Shown: piece by piece, positions 1 through 5,442 of the stretch
Position numbering within the stretch: position 1 is the stretch's first letter
How the letters are laid out: the number at the start of each line of letters is the position of its first letter
Virus record (IMG/VR): IMGVR_UViG_2778261544_000008
Reading direction: 5' to 3' (one strand)
Source: a virus
Lineage: Duplodnaviria > Heunggongvirae > Uroviricota > Caudoviricetes
Length of the DNA stretch: 11,300 nucleotides
Program-made: the position numbers and the translations under genes
The notes under the pieces: model-generated
Databases searched by the model: none
Seen by the model: only the letters and a program-made list of their open reading frames with translations
What the model was told of the DNA's origin: nothing

Positions 1-249
1 ATGCGCACACAGGTTGTATTGCAAAAATGGGGTAACAGCATTGCCCTTCGACTAACGGGAAACCTTAAAACCGTTCCGGGTTTTTCAGTGGGTGATATCG
101 TCAACGTTGAAATTAGTGAAAAAGGGCTTTTTGTAGAAAAGCCTGCACGCCGTCGCCTGAGTGAAGCCGAACTACTCGCCGGGATAACGCCAGTTACAGC
201 GCACGCTGACGAAATTGCCATCCCATTCAATGAGGAGGTTGATTACTGA
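1..249 (+). CDS. Type II antitoxin, MazE/PemI/ChpS-like (AbrB/SpoVT-type)
   Basis: 82-aa ORF starting MRTQVVLQKWGNSIALRL, which matches the MazE/ChpS N-terminal pattern (K-WGNS-A-R-P). Its stop (TGA 247-249) overlaps the ATG of the next ORF by 1 nt, the usual antitoxin-toxin arrangement. Promoter lies outside the window. Confidence 0.7.
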   Translation: MRTQVVLQKWGNSIALRLTGNLKTVPGFSVGDIVNVEISEKGLFVEKPARRRLSEAELLAGITPVTAHADEIAIPFNEEVDY

Positions 250-593
250 TGTTTGTACCTAAGCGTGGTGATATTTGCTGGCTGGATTTTGAGCCGCAGA
301 AAGGAAAAGAGATCGGAAAGTATCGCCCGGCACTCATACTATCCCATGAGCAATATAACCGACTCACCGGGCTTGTCATATGCTGCCCCATAAGTACGAG
401 CATACGAAATGCTCCCACAGAAGTTCCGGTAACAAATCTGGACGCCCCCAGCGTGGTAGCAACCACACTCATTCAAACCCTTGACTGGCGTCAGCGGAAA
501 GCGCGCTTAATCACAGAGGCAGAAGATGGGGTATTTAATGATGTGCTTGAAAGAGTCATAACCCTGATTGGTGGAGAGCATCTGCTTAAGTAA
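249..593 (+). CDS. Type II toxin, MazF/PemK/ChpB-family endoribonuclease
   Basis: 114-aa ORF with the RGDI-W-DF-P-KG-E----RPA-IL N-terminal signature of the MazF/PemK fold. Translationally coupled to the upstream antitoxin-like ORF. Confidence 0.8.
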   Translation: MFVPKRGDICWLDFEPQKGKEIGKYRPALILSHEQYNRLTGLVICCPISTSIRNAPTEVPVTNLDAPSVVATTLIQTLDWRQRKARLITEAEDGVFNDVLERVITLIGGEHLLK

Positions 594-596
594 AAG

Positions 597-614
597 GAGG
601 GCTGAGAAGCCCTC
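597..614 (-). terminator. Stem-loop between convergent genes, probable terminator for the capsid gene
   Basis: 7-bp perfect stem (597-603 / 608-614) with a 4-nt loop. On the minus strand it is followed by CTTTTA. It sits between the plus-strand toxin stop (593) and the minus-strand capsid stop (637). Confidence 0.35.
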
Positions 615-636
615 AACGTTACCGGAAATTTCCTTG

Positions 637-1908
637 CTATTCTTTCCAGTCAATCCCATCCAGTAAGCACCCTGCCTCATATTGCCCCACCACCCAGTCA
701 AGGTTACAGGACTCATAGAACGCGAGGCGATTATACTGAGGCTCGTTTTTTACCAGGCCACGAACGGAACCACGCTGCCAGTACAGACACAGATTGGCAA
801 GAGGTGTGATCAATACAGCATTGTCCGGGAAAAATGGAACGGTCACAGCCGGGAGATTCCCCAGAACGGGATTTTTAATGATTTCCTCGTTAAGCAAAAT
901 TTCCTGATTCATCTGCGATGGATCAAGACGGTTTATCAAAGGCCATTGCTTACGGACCAGCGTATTGTGACTGCATACGGCCACAATGCCTTCCTGCCAC
1001 TGTTCATCAATCATGGATTGCCAGGCATCCAGAACGAGCGCATCTATCGTATGGTGTGTACCGCGTGTATTACTTTTCGGTGATGAAACAGAAAGGCCGC
1101 TGATAACCCTTCCCGCCGCTTCATTTCGAAACTTCTGCAACCAACCCACGCCGCAATCGTCACGCCCCGGATATGTTTCAGGGTCAGATTCGGCGGCATA
1201 ATGTGTGCCGTTAAAACCAATCTGAATTAAATCCAGCCATTTCCGGCGTTCAAAAGCGGCCCGCGCACTTCCTTCAAGGCCGTTTGCGGATGCGTGAGCA
1301 TCGGCATTGTCGTAGCTCAACGCAAAATCAAAATTAACCTGCTCGCAGCGGTAGCCCCTTGAAACCAGTGAATGCGCCTGTAGTGGCGAACGGCGCTCGT
1401 GAGGTGGCGATGTGCGTGCCAACGGCCCCGAAGCGTCTACCAGCACAACCCGACCTGATATATCCGTAACAGGCACGGGAGTTATTTCAGCAAGGAAATT
1501 TGCCTGCCATCCACTGGCAAGCGTTGCACTCTGGCGGGGAACGGGTTCAACTTCTGACGAATAGCGCGCAGTGTCACCGGAAAAGTGCAAATCCTTCGGA
1601 TGTTTTCCGGTTATCGACTCGATAGCGCAATTGAAAACCATCTGAGCCTGTTGATTTCGTTGTGATACAACAGAATCAGCAGTGCAATTATAACGCTCAA
1701 TGCCGTCGTTATTACCCCCACCGCTTGCAGTATGCAGGGTGTGAAGCTCAAGCTCACGCTCCAGTTTTTGATATTCATTGTCCAGCGCGCGACGCGTCTC
1801 ATCGCTTATGCTTGCTGTGTTTGCTTTCAGGCGATTCCGGGACATTAATCCCCTGAGTCGGCTCACTATATCAGCGCCGTGCAAATGTGGAGTATTCAGA
1901 CCGCCCAT
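637..1908 (-). CDS. Major capsid protein, P2 gpN-like; start codon uncertain
   Basis: Several blocks match my recollection of P2 gpN: CEQVNFDF, IGFNG, VGWLQKFRNEAAGRVIS, IDALVLDA, LGNLPAVTVPFFPDNAVLITPLANL, YESCNLDWVVGQYEAGCL. The homologous region begins near the ATG at 1641-1639. The frame is open up to 2085. An ATG at 1908-1906 overlaps the upstream ORF's stop as TAATG. Confidence 0.75.
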   Translation of the reverse strand: MGGLNTPHLHGADIVSRLRGLMSRNRLKANTASISDETRRALDNEYQKLERELELHTLHTASGGGNNDGIERYNCTADSVVSQRNQQAQMVFNCAIESITGKHPKDLHFSGDTARYSSEVEPVPRQSATLASGWQANFLAEITPVPVTDISGRVVLVDASGPLARTSPPHERRSPLQAHSLVSRGYRCEQVNFDFALSYDNADAHASANGLEGSARAAFERRKWLDLIQIGFNGTHYAAESDPETYPGRDDCGVGWLQKFRNEAAGRVISGLSVSSPKSNTRGTHHTIDALVLDAWQSMIDEQWQEGIVAVCSHNTLVRKQWPLINRLDPSQMNQEILLNEEIIKNPVLGNLPAVTVPFFPDNAVLITPLANLCLYWQRGSVRGLVKNEPQYNRLAFYESCNLDWVVGQYEAGCLLDGIDWKE

Positions 1909-2618
1909 TACTGCCACCCCCGGCAGAGTTCTCTGCCCTCCGCAAGGTCGCGCATTTTTTCTGGATTCTGTCGCGCCGCGCTCCATTGTACAGGTGAAGG
2001 GGCGTTCCTGATTGCGCGGCTTACCGAATCCGGGAGTTTCTCCGGGCAATAACGCAGCGGGCTGGAGGTGTCGCTTTCGGTATCGTTAATCCGGCCGCGA
2101 ATCATCCCGACACTTTCAGCAGTATCTGTCGCTTTCAGTGTTTCGCATATTTTCTTTTCTGCGTTATACAGCGGCTGGCCAAGCAGCTCACATAAACCAC
2201 GAATCAATAACAGAGCAGGGGTCAGCTCGTTAATCAGTTCGGGAAGTGCTTTTGCAAATATCTCTGCCCGCAACTTATTATCAATGCTTTCGTAAGCACA
2301 ACCAGCCTCTGCCGCGTTATAACGACACTCCAGTAGCCTGATGCGCGCCTCATCATGCAGCACCCGCAGACGCTCAAGATTTTCTCGCGCCACACCCGCC
2401 TGAATGGATAATTTCGCGGAGGCTTCCGTTTTTACGCCCAGCGCAGACAGGATTGAGTTCTGCCAGTCACGATCGAGAGATTCCAGCTCCCCTTTCGTCT
2501 GTTCGATAGTTGCTTCCAGATTGGTGATTAATGATTCCTGTTCACTGAGTTTTGCCATGGCTGCATCAAACTGTGCTTTACATACCTGATGTTCGGCGCT
2601 TGCCTGAGTTATATCCAT
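1908..2618 (-). CDS. Helical or coiled-coil protein, candidate capsid scaffold (Sid/gpO-like role)
   Basis: 236-aa ORF with a good SD (CAGGAGcaaatATG). The N-terminal two thirds are heptad-like and helical. It lies immediately upstream of, and overlaps, the capsid gene. Its last ~45 codons overlap the capsid-frame ORF and look low-complexity. Confidence 0.5.
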   Translation of the reverse strand: MDITQASAEHQVCKAQFDAAMAKLSEQESLITNLEATIEQTKGELESLDRDWQNSILSALGVKTEASAKLSIQAGVARENLERLRVLHDEARIRLLECRYNAAEAGCAYESIDNKLRAEIFAKALPELINELTPALLLIRGLCELLGQPLYNAEKKICETLKATDTAESVGMIRGRINDTESDTSSPLRYCPEKLPDSVSRAIRNAPSPVQWSAARQNPEKMRDLAEGRELCRGWQ

Positions 2619-2783
2619 TATTTGCTCCTGTAATACATTTTTTTACTTACGCCGATTTTTTCCATATTGCGTAATACATTCCAGCCGATTTTGTTCTCGT
2701 AATACGCTCACAATACTGTTGTATTACGCTTTCTTATATCGCGGGTGTTAAATCCCGGCATAAACAATCAGGGAGGCAACACG
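2619..2783. promoter_or_regulatory. Divergent promoter/operator region with clustered GTA(A/T)TAC palindromes
   Basis: 165-bp intergenic region between the minus-strand scaffold-like gene and the plus-strand RHH-like gene. It holds four copies of GTAATAC/GTATTAC (2630, 2671, 2699, 2721) and a 2-unit direct repeat gccgatttt...cgtaatac. One copy abuts the SD of the scaffold-like gene. Confidence 0.5.
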
Positions 2784-3017
2784 ATGAAAAAACAAAAGAA
2801 AATGCGATGCGTATTACGCTGTATTCGTATCCCGCACGAAATCGACCATAAAATAAATCAGATATGTCAGGACAGAGAGATGAACTACTCCCAGTGCGTC
2901 AGAATGTTTATCAGTCAGGGAATTAAGGCCGGGGAAACGCAGGAAGAAGACTGCAACGGGCGCAATGTAGCGGGGGATGTGTGGGCCTGGGCAAATGACC
3001 AGAACCACACGACGTAA
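2784..3017 (+). CDS. Small DNA-binding protein, ribbon-helix-helix-like (putative repressor)
   Basis: 77-aa ORF with a strong SD (GGGAGG, 7-nt spacing). The N-terminus has a beta-strand then two helices (MRCVLRCIRIP-HEIDHKINQICQDRE-MNYSQ-CVRMFISQGIK), typical of CopG/Arc-type RHH proteins. Divergent from the capsid operon. Confidence 0.45.
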   Translation: MKKQKKMRCVLRCIRIPHEIDHKINQICQDREMNYSQCVRMFISQGIKAGETQEEDCNGRNVAGDVWAWANDQNHTT

Positions 3018-3067
3018 TACAGAAATAACGCAGCCGGTCACACTCGCTGGCTGTGTTATACAAATCA

Positions 3068-3250
3068 CTATGAAGTTTTCGACTTCCTGCGCTTAGTAAT
3101 GCGTACAAACGACTCAAGCGTACAAAAACAAGCCCCACACTCAATATTATTGCACTGGTAATACGTTCTGTAGATGTTTTGTTCGTGTTCTTCCAACGAA
3201 CGACCACGGGTGCGGGCTGAAGCGCCACAGGCCGGGCAAGGGAAAGACAT
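3068..3250 (-). CDS. ogr: Ogr/Delta-family zinc-finger late-gene transcription activator
   Basis: 60-aa ORF MSFPCPACGASARTRGRS...YYQCNNIECGACFCTLESF. The C-x2-C-x22-C-x4-C spacing and flanking residues match P2 Ogr (MFHCPLC...HQCQNVNCSATFITYES). SD GAGGAG lies upstream. Confidence 0.85.
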   Translation of the reverse strand: MSFPCPACGASARTRGRSLEEHEQNIYRTYYQCNNIECGACFCTLESFVRITKRRKSKTS

Positions 3251-3613
3251 ATCACGCTCCTCTTACTGGTGTGAAATTTAACCTATTATATCTTCTGCCG
3301 CCCCCCTCTGGCTGTATCAAATAAACCCGCAGCAGTCGCCGCGTATTACGCACGGGCGCGCCGTTCCCATGCTCACTCGTCACATTCCCCGTATCAGTTC
3401 TCTCTTGCCGTAAGAACGGCTCTGGCTGGCGATAAAACTAACCCGGTCGGGGCATTCCCGCAGCCTTTAGCGAAAATGTAATTTACCCCCTGAAACGCGT
3501 GCTGTTCCCCCGTCACCTGCGCGCGAAAAACTCACCGTTTTTTGTGCACGCACGAAATCGCCCTCCGGGCGCGCCAGTACTTGGCCGGATGGGCAAAAAG
3601 TTACTCTAAAAAA

Positions 3614-3643
3614 TTGTGCAAATTTGTGCACTTTTGTGCAGAT
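3614..3643. repeat. Three direct TTGTGCA repeats at exact 10-bp phasing
   Basis: TTGTGCAAAT / TTGTGCACTT / TTGTGCAGAT starting at 3614, 3624 and 3634, in non-coding DNA upstream of the Ogr-like gene. Confidence 0.5.
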
Positions 3644-3862
3644 GAACAATAGCGTCAAAAAGAGTGCTTTTGAGAAATTTTTTATGGCAACTGCGCCGCG
3701 TGTATTACGTTTTTTACCATCCCCGCCGCGCATGTACATGCTTCATTTTTCTGCCAAACAACAGGGCAACTCCCCGTGACTGGCAGCCCCAAAAAATCAA
3801 TGATTGATATTGCATTTTTGTTAGAGGTTAGACCAGTTGTTTTGAGGCTCTGCCTCATAATC

Positions 3863-4185
3863 CGGTGGGGGGTGCGCAAAGCGGTTACAACGGTTACAAC
3901 AGTCAAAAACACCACTTAACAGCATGATTTTAATGGATATTGTTTGTAACCGCTTTGCGGTTACACTGCGGTTACAACGGTTACAGGTTTCAGAAAGTTA
4001 TTTATTATCAATCAGTTAAAAACTTAACTTGTAACCGCCTGTAACCTAACAAAACGGTTACATGTAACCGCGTTGTAACCGCTTTTGTAACTCATCGGAC
4101 CAGCTGCAATGTATTGATATATAATATAAAAATGAGTAATTTTAAATTTGTAACCGTTGTAACCGCTTTGCGCAACCCCCCCCGG
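3863..4185. repeat. Iteron array (TGTAACCG/CGGTTACA) with flanking inverted repeat; putative replication origin
   Basis: At least 13 full copies of the 8-mer in ~285 bp. The left half is mostly CGGTTACA, the right half mostly TGTAACCG, around an AT-rich centre. Outer arms 3874-3899 and 4148-4173 are exact reverse complements (26 bp). Embedded palindromes GTAACCGCtttGCGGTTAC and CGGTTACATGTAACCG. An AT-rich stretch lies at 4100-4150. Confidence 0.55.
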
Positions 4186-4380
4186 ACTTTAGCGCGACCC
4201 TTTAAAATGTTAATTAAACTAACTTATTCCGTCTCACTTTCATTAACTCTCTGTAATTGAAATGTGCCTCGCCACTGTTTGACCCTTTCTGATAATCAGG
4301 GGAGGGAGAGCAAAAAAAATTGATGGCGACACCGCTGCAATATGGCCACCATTGCATTGCTGTTACCGTTGGTTCTGGCC

Positions 4381-4408
4381 AACAAAAAAGGCCAGTGGAA
4401 AACTGACC
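4381..4408 (-). terminator. Probable rho-independent terminator downstream of the integrase gene
   Basis: On the minus strand: 7-bp stem GGUCAGU / ACUGGCC (one G-U pair), 5-nt loop, then UUUUUUGUU. About 30 nt after the int stop. Confidence 0.45.
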
Positions 4409-4438
4409 TCTTTTGCTGTGAATGTGGCGTTCTGCGGG

Positions 4439-5440
4439 TTACTCTGCTGGTTCTTTTTGTTCAGTGAATGCTATGTTAGCTATCGGGTTAAACCTCATGG
4501 CATCTGCCAGATAGTCGGGAGAAAAATGCGCATAAGTCATCGTTTGCTGAATAGTGGCATGGCCCAGAATCCGTTGCAGGGTAACGATGTTTCCCCCGTT
4601 CATCATGAAATGCGTGGCGAACGTATGACGCATCACATGAGTCGCCTGCCCTTTTGGCAAATCAGGCTTCACCTCCTGGAGGATCTCGCGAAACCGGAGA
4701 TAATCGACCTCGTACAGCGGCCCAGTTCGGCAGGTTTTAATCAGCGAGAGCACGGCATCAGACACCGGAACCGAACGGGACTTCCCGTTCTTGGTGTTGA
4801 AGAACGTCACGCGATTACCGACGATATGCTCCCCGCGTAATTCCGTCGCCTCACCCCACCGCGCCCCCGTGGAGAGACACAGAATGGCGACACGACGCGC
4901 ATCACCTTCGAGTCGCTCAAGAAGCCGCTCAATCTCATCATCAGAAAGAAAGGCCATCTCTGTATTCTGAATTTTTAGCTTACGTATACTGCGCACGGGG
5001 TTCGGGTTGTGAAAGACCCCTGCTTCAATCAACACCGTGAACATGGTAGACAGAACGCATAAGTCACGATTAATACTGGACGGCATTAATCCGGCCTGTA
5101 ATTTCTCTGACCGATACTCAAGCATAAATTTTCGCGTCATCTGGTTGGCGCGCGGATCTCCCATTTCACGAATCACTTTCTCCAGCCGGATCCTGTAGGT
5201 ATCGCCGTAAGCCTGATTACACCCGTCAAGCATCCACCATGTATCAAGCAACTCTGATAATCGCCGCCGATCAGCAGGTTTAGCTAGCCATGGGTTATTA
5301 TGGAAATTCTGCAAAACATATTGTTCGAACTTCTCTGCACTTCCTTTCCTGGTAAAAATTTTACGTATCCGTTTGCCGTATGTCCCTTGCGGCCTGATAT
5401 CTAGCAACCATCTTCCATCATCCATCTTTCTGATCGACAT
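4439..5440 (-). CDS. int: Tyrosine recombinase, P2-type integrase
   Basis: Strong similarity along the whole length to my recollection of P2 Int (MSIRKMDDGRWLLDIRPQG..., ILCLSTGARWGEA, ATHVMRHTFATHF, LQRILGHATIQQTMTYAHF, giving the catalytic R, H-x-x-R and Y). Start taken at ATG 5440 (SD AAGGAG upstream), not the upstream in-frame ATG at 5476. Confidence 0.9.
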   Translation of the reverse strand: MSIRKMDDGRWLLDIRPQGTYGKRIRKIFTRKGSAEKFEQYVLQNFHNNPWLAKPADRRRLSELLDTWWMLDGCNQAYGDTYRIRLEKVIREMGDPRANQMTRKFMLEYRSEKLQAGLMPSSINRDLCVLSTMFTVLIEAGVFHNPNPVRSIRKLKIQNTEMAFLSDDEIERLLERLEGDARRVAILCLSTGARWGEATELRGEHIVGNRVTFFNTKNGKSRSVPVSDAVLSLIKTCRTGPLYEVDYLRFREILQEVKPDLPKGQATHVMRHTFATHFMMNGGNIVTLQRILGHATIQQTMTYAHFSPDYLADAMRFNPIANIAFTEQKEPAE

Positions 5441-5442
5441 AC

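Noticed and set aside
682-1201. Plus-strand ORFs of 61-133 aa opposite the capsid gene
   Set aside because: Antisense to a gene with strong gpN-like similarity, with no ribosome-binding sites.
1908-2618. Assignment of the 236-aa protein as a P4 Psu homologue
   Set aside because: A short PEL...ELT segment weakly resembles my recollection of Psu, but the gene sits directly upstream of and overlapping a capsid gene, which fits a scaffold/Sid-type role better. Left as scaffold-like with low confidence.
2619-2783. Classic Ogr/Delta-dependent late promoter (TGT-N12-ACA dyad) upstream of the scaffold-like gene
   Set aside because: No TGT-N12-ACA element with correct spacing was found. The region is dominated by the GTA(A/T)TAC motif instead.
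2814-3255. Minus-strand ORFs of 84 and 110 aa overlapping the RHH-like and Ogr-like genes
   Set aside because: The 110-aa frame overlaps the confidently identified Ogr-like gene in another frame. Both lack SDs. The Ogr-like and RHH-like frames explain the region better.
3467-3915. Minus-strand ORFs of 90 and 77 aa in the region upstream of ogr
   Set aside because: No SD, and they run through repeat-rich non-coding DNA. More likely regulatory or origin DNA than coding.
3250-4440. P2 cos site, P2 attP core or a tRNA 3' end as attachment site
   Set aside because: I scanned for the P2 cos 19-mer, the P2 attP core and tRNA-like T-arm/acceptor sequences and found none. The attachment site remains unidentified.
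4352-4840. 162-aa plus-strand ORF
   Set aside because: Lies antisense across the 3' end of the well-supported integrase gene, with no SD and no recognisable motif. Treated as a chance antisense ORF.
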